From contig CBFDEM010000046.1 of the NCBI GenBank assembly GCA_965603825.1, positions 620,001 to 684,000 on the forward strand: a stretch of DNA of 64,000 nucleotides, given 5' to 3'. Origin of the DNA: Blepharisma stoltei ATCC 30299. Taxonomy: Eukaryota; Protista; Ciliophora. This document shows positions 1 through 12,253 of this stretch, piece by piece. Position 1 is the first letter of the stretch. The number at the start of each line of letters is the position of its first letter. The position numbers and the translations under genes are program-made. The notes under the pieces are model-generated. The model was not told where the DNA came from. It saw only the letters and a list, made by a program, of their open reading frames with translations, and did not search any database.

Positions 1-287
1 ACTGAATTCATTCAGTTCTTAAAGCTTTTGAAAGTATTCAGCTTGAATTTTCAGAAAGATTTTGATTACTAAAATGCAAGAAAACAGTGATGGCTATTCA
101 TGTTCTTTTCGTAGTCACTGGTTTCCAATGGCATTTTGCCTATACAATTTATTCGAATTTTCTAGTCAACGAAGTCGTCGAAGCATTGTGTGAGTGAAGC
201 TTAATTACACTAGCGTTAAGTTTGCCATATCAAATTTCCAGGATAACAAACACAAGTATCAGCTTGACTTGGCTAGCAAGAAAATAA
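1..287 (+). CDS. Partial 3' end of a possible membrane protein
   Basis: Frame 3 is open from the window start to TAA at 285-287 if TGA=W (...[22 protein letters not shown]...[14 protein letters not shown]...). No family recognised. Confidence 0.35.
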
Positions 288-321
288 GAGAAGAAACAAT
301 TTAATTGAATTCGTAATAAAT

Positions 322-1194
322 ATGATAATCTCAGCTATCAATAGCGTAAGCAGGAGCTTCGCAGGTGCTCCAGGCTTACTTTCTGACTTCCGTTTGATGC
401 TGCATGGGTTTGCAGCTGGAAATAAAGCTTACTTATTCCAAGAGGAGTCACAAATTGACAGAACCAGGATGACTGAATTCCATATTCATCGTTTTCTTCC
501 TGAGCAAGGCAAAGGAACGTTTGTCCAGTCATACTGGATTGATACCAAGCAGTGCGGGCCTATGGTCTTAGATGCTCTAATAAAAATCAAAAACGAAATC
601 GACCCAACACTGACCTTTAGACGATCATGCAGAGAAGGGATTTGTGGATCTTGCTCAATGCACATAAATGGATTGAATTCTCTTGCCTGCATCACTGAGA
701 TCACTCCAAATACCAGAATGACGATTGGGCCGCTTATCAGAATGCCAATCATCAAAGATCTTGTTGTGGATATGACAAACTTTTATAACCAATATAAATC
801 AATTGACCCTTGGCTCAAAAGAAAAGAGCCAAAGCCAGCTGGGACAAAGGAATACTACCAATCCCAAGAAGACAGAAAGAAAATCGATGGGCTATACGAG
901 TGCGTCCTCTGTGCTTGCTGCGCGACTATGTGTCCTTCTTACTGGTGGAATCATCAACACTACCTTGGCCCTGCAGTCCTTATGCAAGCTTACAGATGGG
1001 TTATCGATTCAAGAGACCAGGCCACTGCTGAACGTCTGGAGAAGCTGTCTGGAGCTTATACGCTGAATAAATGCTACCAAATTGGAACCTGCACTGTCAC
1101 TTGTCCAAAGGGCCTAAATCCTAAAATGGCCATCCACCAATTGAAAGGGATTGCTGCTGAGTATGAGCACGCTAAAGCTGAATGGGCAGTTTAA
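322..1194 (+). CDS. SDHB: Succinate dehydrogenase iron-sulfur subunit
   Basis: [49 protein letters not shown] and CxxxxxCxxxCPKGLNP Fe-S motifs; presequence-like N-terminus. Confidence 0.97.
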   Translation: MIISAINSVSRSFAGAPGLLSDFRLMLHGFAAGNKAYLFQEESQIDRTRMTEFHIHRFLPEQGKGTFVQSYWIDTKQCGPMVLDALIKIKNEIDPTLTFRRSCREGICGSCSMHINGLNSLACITEITPNTRMTIGPLIRMPIIKDLVVDMTNFYNQYKSIDPWLKRKEPKPAGTKEYYQSQEDRKKIDGLYECVLCACCATMCPSYWWNHQHYLGPAVLMQAYRWVIDSRDQATAERLEKLSGAYTLNKCYQIGTCTVTCPKGLNPKMAIHQLKGIAAEYEHAKAEWAV

Positions 1195-1242
1195 GTTAAA
1201 ATTCAATGAATTTAAACAAGTCTTATAAGAATTAATTATGAT

Positions 1243-1839
1243 TTACAGGGGTCTTAGGAAAGGATGCTTTTTCTGCTTGTGAAGCGCCAAGCTGTATTTA
1301 TTGCAGACTTCTTTACCACAGGTTTCACAAATGACCCTTGTGGATTTGTAGTGGACTTGGCTTTTATGAGCAGTTAGAGATCCATCATTTGAGAAATATT
1401 TCCCACAGATATGGCAATATGATCTTTGGGAGACAGGATGAACTTTGTTCATGTGGATTTTTAAGCCTTTTTGAGACTTGAATCTTTGTGGGCATAACTC
1501 GCATTTAGCTTTTAGAATTTTAACTTCTTCTAAGTTTTCTATTTCGTCATCTTCTAAAGAATTTCTGAATTTTTTTTTGCGAGAACTGAATTCTGAGTTA
1601 TTATTTGTACTGGGATTCAAGGTTTCGTAGCATAAAAGGTTATTATGATTGTCATTTGAACTAGCAGTTGCACTATCTTGGATTTCAATTACGGAATCAT
1701 TTCTAATAAATATATCTGAGTTTTCGCGGGAAGGGCGAGATTGAGAATATTTTGGGAGATCTTTTTCAGCATTATATCCAATAAGTCTATGATTTGAGTA
1801 TAATAGAAGTGATCTGATCGCTTTTAAAGTATTTTCCAT
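1243..1839 (-). CDS. C2H2 zinc-finger protein (3 fingers)
   Basis: CELC..F..L..HMNKVH, CHIC..F..L..HKSQVH, CETC..L..HKQKKH. Confidence 0.88.
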   Translation of the reverse strand: MENTLKAIRSLLLYSNHRLIGYNAEKDLPKYSQSRPSRENSDIFIRNDSVIEIQDSATASSNDNHNNLLCYETLNPSTNNNSEFSSRKKKFRNSLEDDEIENLEEVKILKAKCELCPQRFKSQKGLKIHMNKVHPVSQRSYCHICGKYFSNDGSLTAHKSQVHYKSTRVICETCGKEVCNKYSLALHKQKKHPFLRPL

Positions 1840-2063
1840 GCTAATATAAAATTTAAAGGCGCGATTTTATTATAAATAGTGCTGAACGAATTTATTTTAT
1901 AGAAAATTGATTTATAATAAGAATTGAGAGGAGAATTAAGAAAACAAAGATAATTACTTTCTTTATGAAATAAATACTAAATCCTTCTTGTTATATTTTT
2001 AATCTACACTATTTAGTTGATGTTTAAATAAATTTAGCTGATCACTATACATGTATTTTACAA

Positions 2064-2819
2064 CTACCAGCCATAGTAATTTGTTGGCTTGAATTTTCTA
2101 GGAAAAGATCTTATACTAATCGATGTCTCTTGCCTACCATACTCATCCATTATTTTATCTTTTCAAGCCTGCTTTGGTTTCAGCTCTTTAGAAGTGTTTA
2201 TAGTTGCTACTGATTTTGAGTTGCTCTTTAGCTCATTAAAATAATCGACAATGCTTATATTTTTCCTTAAATTAATATCCTCTTTCCACCTCATTACACT
2301 GTCCAGCATACTGTTGAACTTTTCATTATGTCATTTTTGCCTTTCTCTATATATAGAGTATGGCTTTTTTTTCTTTTCTTTTAGCTTAGCTTTGATAGTG
2401 GGCCAATAATTTTCTATTTTTCTATCTGTAGGTGAATATGATGACGATGATGATCCAAAAGTTAATTTTGGGATATCTAAAGAAACCATTCTAGAGCTTG
2501 GTCTCTGATCTCTTAGCGTACGGTTGTCACTCAATTCTCTTGTATCAAAACTTTTAGAAACAGTAAGAGGATGAATTATTTCATTCCGATTATGTATCAA
2601 AATCTCAGGAGCATGGACCTTATAATCCACTTCACTTTTCGATGCATTTTTATGATCGACTTTTTCAAGCTTGCATAATTCTATATTAATAGAAGGTGCT
2701 GCAAAATATGACGAAGATTTAGCACGGGCGTGAGACGTTAGCTTGAATCTTATAATATTCTTTCCTCATGCAATATTTTCTAAAGGAGTTTTTAGCATTT
2801 TTGATGATTTCATTTTCAT
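2064..2819 (-). CDS. Hypothetical protein (about 251 aa, three TGA=Trp)
   Basis: ORF 2331-2630 extends in frame to ATG at 2819 and TAG at 2064 when TGA is read as W. Confidence 0.65.
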
Positions 2820-2897
2820 TGTATATTTAAGTTAATTTAAAGTAATTACAAATAAAAATTTAATCAAAATTGTTCAACTTAATATTTTACACAAAAA

Positions 2898-3551
2898 CTA
2901 TGACCGCAGCATTTCAATTTCTCTTCTCAGAGCTTCAATTTCTTCTAAAATCATATCATTCTGTCCGTAAATTCTTGATTTTTCTTGCTCTTCTTCTTTT
3001 AATTTTGCTTTCACCAATTTTATTTCATTTTTCAGCTTATTTACTTCTTTATTCACAGATTCTTGCTTTTCCTGCACATTTTTTCGAGTATTTTCCCCGT
3101 TTATGATATCTTGGTCTAAACTTCTGATTTCTTTTTCGATGACAAGGATAGGCTTTTTCAATGAGTATCTTTCCATTTCTAGCTTTATGGTCTGTTTGCT
3201 TATCCTTAAAGACTCATTATGAAGCTTTTCTTGGTTTCTTTTTATATTTTGGGACTCTTGTATATAGGAAGCAATTTGCTGTTGGAGGCCTTCATTGGAA
3301 GCCATCAGGTCGTCTTTTTTTTTCTTCAAATTTTTCAAGGACTTTGTAAGGGTTTCAAGCTGTTTTGATGCTGATTGGTACATTTCATAATCTTCTTGGG
3401 CTTTTAAAACTGAAACACTTCTGCTTTTTGCTGCCTTAAAGCCAGTTGTATGTGGTCTGGATATGGGCATCCCAAGTGTGTGGGATGGGGAAGCATAACT
3501 TAAAACCATAGTTCTTGAAAGGGATGGTCTTCTGACTGCAATACTTTTCAT
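2898..3551 (-). CDS. Coiled-coil hypothetical protein
   Basis: 217-aa ORF with K/E-rich heptads, flanked by AT-rich spacers. Confidence 0.75.
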   Translation of the reverse strand: MKSIAVRRPSLSRTMVLSYASPSHTLGMPISRPHTTGFKAAKSRSVSVLKAQEDYEMYQSASKQLETLTKSLKNLKKKKDDLMASNEGLQQQIASYIQESQNIKRNQEKLHNESLRISKQTIKLEMERYSLKKPILVIEKEIRSLDQDIINGENTRKNVQEKQESVNKEVNKLKNEIKLVKAKLKEEEQEKSRIYGQNDMILEEIEALRREIEMLRS

Positions 3552-3858
3552 GAAAAAATCAATTGCGTTTTATTATGGTTAAATAAAATAAATAGTAATA
3601 TTTTATGTGCCCGCTATAAATCGGGTTTTTTGCTGAATTGTTCATATATAGCGTATGGAAAGTGGGATTTTTTAAAATTAGACGTAAATTTTCTTATGAC
3701 ATAAATAGTTTAAGGATTAAATTAACCTTTAATGGAAGTATTATATATTAAGGAGACAGAATTTAATTAATAGTTTGTTTATTATACTTTAAGTCAGATT
3801 CTTATATTTTGTTATTTTTATGACATAGTCAAAGCAATTTAATTAAAATCATTAAGAC

Positions 3859-5271
3859 TTATTTAGAACTAAGAAATTTAATTCTGGATAGAACTCTATT
3901 TGACTGTTCTTTCTCAAGATAATGTCCCAGCGTCTCTTTAAGCTTATTCATCAGTGGCTTTGGCATCCAATCTTTAGCAATCTCATAAATGTGCTGATTA
4001 GTCCCTTCTTCATTTCTTGCTTCCTTTTTGCTTGGCGTATAGCTCTCTGGATTGAATGGGTCTTCTTCTATACCTCCATTCTTACCCTCTTCTACTTTTT
4101 TTGGTGTCTTTTTTAGTAACAAATCCAATAAATCCGTACTTGTTTCATCAGCAATTAAGCCTTCATTTATAGATATAACAGCCTCCCCTTTACGTGTCTT
4201 AACCATCAGCTTTTCTCCAGATTCAGGCAAAACCAAGTTTTCCTCTGTATATTTCTTTTGCCGCTCCTGTCTGAAATTTTTGATAGCAGAAGAAGCCATA
4301 TCTTTTGACTGCATTTTTGATACTTCTTTTGCGTCAAAATCCCCTTTTAAAATCCCGAACCTAAAGTCAGGGTTTTTTTCATCACAAAGGTTAAAAAGCA
4401 ATGATCTTACTTTCCCCTTATAAGCTGGCGCCCCAGCATTATTTCCTGTTGAATAATAAAGCGCCGCTTCAATTTCCATAGCTTTTTTTTCAAGCTCGCT
4501 TATTGGATAAGAAAGTTTTGCCTGCTTGTTTTCTTCTATGGAAAGATATAACGCATAGATAATTTTGCAAATTAATTGTTGCCTTATTTTTTCTTCGTTG
4601 CTTAGGCTTGATTTTAGGGACAAAAAATTGTTGTGGGTTTTCATGACATTTTCTAGAAGTCTTTCTTTACTTTCTTCGTCAAGGATTTTATATTTGTCGA
4701 CATCAATAGGCAAGCTTGAGTTATCCACTGTCCGGGCTTTTGCAAAAGATTTTTGCTGCTTTTTGGGGGAGTCTAGGTCAAGAACGTCAACGCGCTGCCT
4801 TTTAAATGGTCAAGAGCAATCAGGGCATGAGGTAAAATCGGTGAGACAGGAGTCGTGGAAAATTTGATTGCACTTCTGACAGATGGTAAATTTGACGTCT
4901 GGATTAAGAGGCTGCTGGCAAAGGCAAACTGGAGGAAGCTTTTCAGGATTAAATGATTTTGTGTTTTCATAGTAAAATTGGCGCACAAGAAATCCTCTTG
5001 AGGAAGGATAGTCTTGAAGGGTTACTAAAGGGTAGGATTCTTTGACATTAGACTGGATAATATCAAAGAAATTGTTTCCACGGTAAAGTTCTCTGTCTCC
5101 ACAATATATGTGCCGCCCAACTACTTTATTATTACCTTTTGTATCTTCTGGCTTGATAAGATCTCGGCACTTAAAGTATCCATTCCCTAAGCCAAGAACT
5201 TCTGCGAAATTTTCATTAGAATTATCATCAAGATACTTAACAGCTTTTCCGACTAATGTGTCACTTTCCAT
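3859..5271 (-). CDS. BAH-like + PHD finger + TFIIS central-domain protein
   Basis: ORFs 4810-5301 and 3859-4728 join through TGA at 4810-4812. PHD: CLCQQPLNPD..CQKC..FHDSC..CPDC. TFIIS-M: YKGKVRSLLFNLCDEKNPDFR..ILKG..MAS. Start taken as ATG at 5271 (MESDTLVG). Confidence 0.85.
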
Positions 5272-5809
5272 TGAAATTATATCTAATTTTGATTCCCCCA
5301 CCCATATAATTTTTTATAATTAAAATTAAATATGTAAATAATTATTCTAAAATGGCAATGCTTTTAATTTTTAATATATTTTTCTTAGCAAATAGATTAA
5401 AGTTCGAGGGAAACTAATACTTAAAGGGATTAAAAAGCTATTTTGATATGCAAAAAATCATGGTTTATCAAAATATTTTGATTTTTTATCTTTTTTACCA
5501 CACCTGAGCTATAAACTTTTCCCATTTGGATAACTCACCAGACCCTATCGCTAAGGCTTATTCTCAAAACTACATATCTTTATTTATTTATGCTTGTGTT
5601 TCCGGCTGAATTAAATTGTATTCATTTTGACTAATAAATTTTCTACTCTTACCCTTGCTGCAATTGAAAAATCTAGCAAAAATTGTTTTATATAATTCTA
5701 TCTATAAAAGTACAAATTTAGTTTTCGATTTAATAAAGAAAATTTCCCATCCTGTAGAAAATTTAAGCACATTATGCTTATAATTTTTTGAAAATTCTGA
5801 ATGGCTAGC

Positions 5810-6350
5810 TTAATTAGCAATCTAGCATACAGCAGCATCAAGCTACCAATAGAATTAAGCACTTATCCGTCGACCTAGCTGATTGATGTTTGCAGTTTAT
5901 GCTAGCATTATTTTTATGATGAGTGCATTTTTTGCATTTTTTACATATTTTAAAATGAGCTTATTGAATCTTCGAGCTGATAACTGATCATTTTCCTCGT
6001 TGGCTCTCCTTCTAATATCAGCTAGCTTTTCCCTGAATTTTCTGTAAAATAGATTTCAGGATCCTCAGTAAAATTGATATCTCTTGATGAATTTCTTGTT
6101 CTAGCTGCATAATTGCATTTTTTCGATAAGGATTTCGCCTATATGTATCCTTAATTGGAGAGATAATATTTTTTCTCTTAACTCTGCATTTCTGAATCAC
6201 TCAAGGTAAGATATTTTCGAATTTTGTGTGCTTGTTTTAAAGGAGGAACTTGAATTTTTTCTATTAAGACTTCATCAATTGAGGTTCCTCTTGTTAGACT
6301 TGAGCTAAGTTGTTTGCGTTGTCCATTTTTTATGGAAAAAATATTCATGC
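5810..6350 (-). pseudogene. Possible decayed coding sequence
   Basis: Protein-like stretches hop between frames (DEVLIEKIQVPPLK; KFREKLADIRRRANEENDQLSARRFNKLILKY), with intervening TAA/TAG and no tiny intron that reconciles them. Confidence 0.3.
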
Positions 6351-7432
6351 TGTGATACACCAACAATTTATTAAAATATTTATTTGCAATTTTTAAGAAA
6401 GTAAAATTGATGATTATAAATTTCGAAAATATAATTAGTTTGCAATTATTAGTTAATGATTAATATATTGAGATTTAGATAAAATTGCAAACTGATTTTG
6501 GAAAATAATAAATACTTGGTATTCTAAAAAATAAGCCTATTTTAAATATAAATTAAAATAAATTATCTGCAGTCTATATATTATTTTGCTATTTCATTTT
6601 TATCAAAAAGTTGATATCCATAACTGTGCGACTTATAGAGCATAATGGTTAACAAAATTTTATTGGCAAGGCAAATTTTAAACTTAAAAATAGAATTCGT
6701 GATGTGAAGAAAGATTAAATAATTTTTTCAGCATGGTTTTCAATAATTTGTAAAATCTTCTTAAAATAATATGATATGGCTTCAGCTTATAGAAAAATTA
6801 ACTAAAATAATCAGCTATACAAAGTTAAACTCGCATTGGGATTATTATATAACTCAATATTTAAGTATATTGAAAATTAAAATTCCGATAATTATCATGA
6901 AACTATATTAATGCTTATGCTCAGGATTCAAAACTACTGTATGAGCTAGAGGCTTAGTAACAATGACATAAATTAAGAAAAAACAGCAGCCTCCATAGCC
7001 TAAAATTAATTTAGCTCTTTCCAATTATTGATCAGCTAGATATACCAATCAGGATTTTAATTTAAATTAGGATAAAAATAAATGCACACCAATTAATTAA
7101 ATTACTATAGGGAGATCAAAATAGGCGTCATTTAGCAGATAAATTATTTATTTAATCGTTTAACTTTGAATATAATTTTTACAAAAAATTATTTCCAATT
7201 TATTTTTATCTCAAGCTGATCACACATTATGCTGCTTTTCTCTTCAAAACATAAGCAAAATAAATAAAATTTAAATTTGGTTTCTCTGTCCCAAAATAAA
7301 TGGAAATCTAAAATCCTTTAAATGGCGTTTATGAGAGAATCAAATGATCCGTTAAGCATTAATCCATAGATATACGGTGATTCAAATCTCAATTTTTAAA
7401 TCTAATTAAATATTAAGTGCTAGTAATATTAA

Positions 7433-8224
7433 ATGTCAGCCACTGTTTGCTGCGTAAAGAAAGAATGCTGCTGAATTTTAACTATCCTATCTCTCTTGCT
7501 CATTATTGGATTGGAATTGGCATCGCTTGGAGTTGATAGATGGTTTGAACAAGGTGCTGACCCATACGATTGGGAAGGCGGCCTTTTATCTCCAACGTCC
7601 GACTCTAATTACTACTCAGACTCGATGAGCTACTCAGACTTCTGGGACGACTGTAACGATGGTTCCAATCGTAATAAGCAAGGATTATCTCCAGGAGAGT
7701 GTAAAGCCATGAAGCATCTCTGGGCGGGTGGAGTTATTTACATTCTTTTCGAAACTATTTCACTGTTTTGTATATTCTTGACAATTTGGTTCTTATTAAG
7801 AGATATCTGCAAAAAACCGAGATTCACATGGCTTGCAGTTGTCCTTATTTGGTTTGGTCTTGCATGGCACTTTTGGGGACTTGTTATATGGTCAGGTCTC
7901 GCAAAGATGTTCTGGGGCTATGAGTGTAGTAGACTTGACTGGGACCATCACCAAGAGCCTGCTAGAGTCTGTGGGAAAGAAGGCCCCAGCATTTCTTTAG
8001 CATGCGTCCTTTGGTACTTTGTAGTCTGCATCTTTTGGAGTCTATTCTACAGGCTATACAAAGGAGATGAAGAAAAGAGCGGAAAAGAAGCTACTGATAA
8101 TGGATACCAAAAAGCCCATAAAGCTAGCGAAGTCCAGGAAGACAAAGTTGAAGAGGAAGAAGAAGGAGAGCATAAGCATAGACATCGCCATCATCACAGG
8201 AATCGTGAAACAAGTCAAGAATAA
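7433..8224 (+). CDS. Four-TM claudin/PMP22-like membrane protein with acidic and His-rich tail
   Basis: ATG at 7433 is in frame with ORF 7496 via TGA=W. Four hydrophobic segments; WFEQG..WEGGLL plus two Cys in the first loop; C-terminal EEEEEGEHKHRHRHHHR. Confidence 0.75.
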
Positions 8225-8842
8225 ATATTTAAATAAGGATTAGGACCTTACAATACTTTAAATTGGCCTCATTTTAGATATTTATCATTAACTCCTAATA
8301 CTGAATAGCTATTGGATAAATTTTCAAATAAAATGGAAGAGATTGAGATGGATTTTTTGTTTGAATAGATTTGAATATCGCTGAATAGGTTTTTGGAAAA
8401 GCACATTTATAAAATTACTTTAAAATCCGAAGCTAGGATTCTGCAAGAAATGAAGAAAAAAAATTTAAAAATAATTGTCTATGGGTTTTAAAAGAGATAC
8501 TTATTTAGAGCTTTCTGCATATGTTTTTCGTATTTACGATCTAAAACACGAAAAATTATGCTTTAGATAGATGCGTTGTTTTGAGCTAAGAAAGATGTAT
8601 TTATATGGGTATTTCTTTAAATTGCTTTGATTTGTAGTATATCTTGGCTGTATAGCTTGCACTATATTGCAAATAATGATGTGACTTGAGAATTAAACTC
8701 CTTTAAAAATATCATTCTCATTTATTTCTTATATATCAATTAAAATTATAAATACTTGCAATTATAATTCTAATAGGTCTGGAAACAAATCATAAAATAA
8801 TCGAAATTAAAAACTGTTTAGTTACAATTATCCTTGATTTTA

Positions 8843-10027
8843 TTAATCTTCATTGTCAAGCGCTGATGTAGGTGGCACTAATTCCTTAATTTGAAGCAAG
8901 TTATTCCTCAAGCACTGTGTAGCAATATTTGTCTTTTTCCCATTATTATTCCTATTAGGTACATAAATAGGCAATTCTTCCTCATTTGCTATCACCGATG
9001 ATTGAGACCCTTTAAAAATGATCTGAAACCGCATCTGTGTTCTATATATTTCTGCGATAGTTTGTATTATATGAGAAATATACCCTAGCTTTTCCAAATT
9101 TTCTGTCTCGCTTTCATTGGCATTTCCTTCATCATCAATCATTTCAAGCCACTCAATGCTAAATAAATCAGGAAAAGCCACATATATTTCTCCAATCATT
9201 TTTATTCTTCTCAGCTGAACTAAAGCTTGTTTTGCTTCAACCTTCATCAGTCATTCATCAATAGACTCAATCCTTTCTTTAAACTTTCTACTATGGGCAT
9301 GAAGTAGTTTTTTCCCTACTTGTTCATGCCCAAAATAATCCTTTATTAGATTATGTGATTTTTCTGTTAATAAAGCTTGCTCTGCAATGCTTCTTTTAAA
9401 GTCATTTTCTTCTTCAGCTAAATCTTTTTTTTCTTTTAGTCTTTGCAGCTTAAAAGTTTTTGACTGTAGGATTTTTGAAAACGAGGCTTTTAATTCTTGC
9501 GTTTTTTGGTCTAAATTTATGAATTCTTTTCGGGCTCGTAATAGTTTCTTGTAATTTTCTTTTAATTCGAAAAAGTCTACAGCGGCATTAAAGGAGTCTT
9601 TGCGGATACTGCTTCTTAAAGGGGATAAGGAGAGTGATTCTTTCCTTGTAGCTCTTGTGAACTGTTGTATGGACTCTTGCTGGGCATATCAATTTTCGTC
9701 GGAAAATTCATAGCATATAAAAGGAAAGCTGAATTCTTTGAGAGATATTAAATCTTTTGTTAAGAAAACTAAATGTTTTGGATTTAAATAGTCTTCAAGT
9801 AGCACAGAATTTGAGGAATTTGTGACAATTACTAAAACTGGGTAGACTTTGTGAGGAATTTTTAAACTTGTTCAATAAGGATTTAAAGAAATAGGATGCA
9901 GTAGTTCAAGATGAAAATCCTTTTCTCTGTTGGATAATTTCAAAGAAAGCTCTGATGGTTGCCCTGGAAGATTTCGGATTGCTATAGACGATAATGATTT
10001 TCATGCGCAGTCATTTTCTAAAGACAT
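8843..10027 (-). CDS. UVRAG: UVRAG/VPS38-like subunit of class III PI3K complex
   Basis: 394 aa with TGA=W. N-terminal SLSSIAIRNL..SLNPYW..LVFL..FSDENWY, then a coiled coil, then LGYISHIIQTIAEIY..MRFQIIFKGSQSSV..ELPIY, matching the UVRAG/ATG14 BARA-like region as recalled. Confidence 0.75.
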
Positions 10028-10220
10028 TTTAATCCGTTTATTCATGCATTATGTTTTCATTACGCAGAGTTTATAGTAGGCTTCTTTGTATTATTGTTTT
10101 TTCCTCTAAAAATATCAGAATTATAAATTTTTTTCCATTCTGGAAGTAATATTAGAGATTTATATTATTAAATTTATAGTATTAAAAGGTGCATATGGTA
10201 AAATTCTTAATGTATCGTAA

Positions 10221-11066
10221 TTAATTATATCGTTTACCTGGGCTTAAAGATGACCTTAGAGGAGTTGTTAAATTAGACCTCGTATGAGGTTTAATTAAAC
10301 TTCCTTCCCACCTCCCAGCAGCTGTCGTATGTTTCCCTTTTTTCTTATTCGTCTCGATTTTCTGCACATTTTCCAACTCCCGCCTAATATTTTCATATTT
10401 TTTATTAGCCAAGTCAAACTCTACATTCCTCTGTTTACTTAGCTCATCCAGCCCCGTTTTCTGTCTTTTTTTAATATTTTCTATTTCTTTGTGTAATTTA
10501 CTTTCAAAAATAATCATTTGCTGCTCTATTTTTACCTGTCTTACATCCAAATGCTTCATTTGTTCAAAAGATTTCGTTTCTTCTATTTGTTTTAGCAAGC
10601 TATTTGCTTCCATATATTTTTGTGCCTTGACCGCTTTTTCTTTGCATTTAATCATGTTTAATAGCTGTGCACTTGGCTTAAAGGCTGTTGGGGTCGTGGA
10701 TTCTAGCCTTTCTCTTTCTTCTTTGGCTTGGGCTTGATGCTTTTGAAGGGTTTTTTCTTCTTGATCTTTGCATTTTTCGAGATAGTCTTAAATGACTTTG
10801 TTTCAGTGACTGTTAAACTCAGCCACTTCGGCTTGATATGAATGTTCAACGGTTTCTCTTTCTTCATTTTGCTTTGATTTTAGCTCGGCAACTTGGTCTC
10901 GCTTTAGTTTTTGTTTTAACTCCACGATTTTTTTAGCTGTTATTTGGGCTTCGATGTAGCGCTCTTCAGCTTCAAAAGCTCGCTGCTCTTCTTTTAAGGA
11001 ATTTATGAGTAAGAGCAGATCATTGTTTTCTGGGGAGCTTTGTGGAGGAGAATTTGAGGATTCCAT
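10221..11066 (-). CDS. Coiled-coil protein interrupted by one in-frame TAA (10788-10790)
   Basis: ORFs 10803-11066 and 10221-10655 are one frame: EFNSH-W-NKVI-[TAA]-DYLEKCKDQEE...FKPSAQLLNM. Confidence 0.65.
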
Positions 11067-11502
11067 AGGAAGATTTAACGAATTAATTTAATGATATATA
11101 TAAGGAAGTAGGATTTTTTCATATTTAATTGGACAACAGATAGTTATTGGAGGCTTGAGATCTAACTCCTATTTCCTTTCAAATAAGAAATATATTTTTT
11201 TATAAATGGATTATTTAAGGAATATGTTGCTGGATTTTTTTCATAAATAATAATTATTTATTTATTTAATAGCAGGTTTATTCTCAAAAAATTATTAAAT
11301 TTTCCTTTTATTAGAGATTTAAAACAACAAGACTGCTGGACATAAAGAAAATTCCTTTAATCCAAAAATACCTATTATTAAAAATTATTATCTTTAATTT
11401 TTCCTCTGCTAAATAATTCTCTTGAAAAGTAGATAGCCTAGTCATTCCATCCAGTTGCAATTTATTTAAAAAAATAATTAATCAAAACAATTTAAAAATA
11501 CA

Positions 11503-12144
11503 TTACTCATTGCTTGCCTCTAAATCTTTTTCAGTTGGCATTGTTGCCACCACTTGAATTATCGATCTTAAAACAGACTGTGGCGGATTCACAGGAATTA
11601 TAGGAACAAAGTCTACATCAATCTCTGTCTCCATAGACTCCACAAATCTTACAGGGTTAAATTCTATCATAATAAGCTTATTCTCAGCACTATAAGCCTT
11701 TTCTACAGGAGACTTCGAAGCCCTGAAATTTGGGTTTTTATTAATTTTAATATTTTCTTGTGCATATAAGTTGTCAATCTGCATGCTGCTTCTATAACTA
11801 GAAGGAATCCTTTTCCTCTGGGCAGGCTCAGCTTTGGTAAGTGCAGAATAGCTTTCTGAGTTTAAATATTCAGATAAAATCTTGGAATTTTCGCTGTAAT
11901 TTGAGAAGGACTGGTTGGATTTTGTGGAGGAATTTGAGTGGATTGAGAGCTGCTCTTTTTTGGTTTTGTGGATAGAATTGCGGTTTGTGGAGTGATCTTG
12001 GGATAAAATGTGAGGAATTGCTCGCAGATTTGCGTAGATGTGCTGGAGAACTCGTGGGGAGGATTTTATTGGGGAGTTTTTTGATCTTTTTGGAGGCTGT
12101 TTTGGGGTTAAAATGTCTTTGATTAGTTTAGGCTTTGAGTTCAT
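11503..12144 (-). CDS. Hypothetical low-complexity protein
   Basis: 213-aa ATG..TAA ORF, S/K/N-rich. Confidence 0.65.
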   Translation of the reverse strand: MNSKPKLIKDILTPKQPPKRSKNSPIKSSPRVLQHIYANLRAIPHILSQDHSTNRNSIHKTKKEQLSIHSNSSTKSNQSFSNYSENSKILSEYLNSESYSALTKAEPAQRKRIPSSYRSSMQIDNLYAQENIKINKNPNFRASKSPVEKAYSAENKLIMIEFNPVRFVESMETEIDVDFVPIIPVNPPQSVLRSIIQVVATMPTEKDLEASNE

Positions 12145-12253
12145 TAATATTATCTTGAATAAGTAAATTATGTAAAGATTTGAAAATAAGTTACATTGAT
12201 AATTAAAAAATTATTTTTGTTTATTTTATTACAATAAAACTTTTAAATTACAG

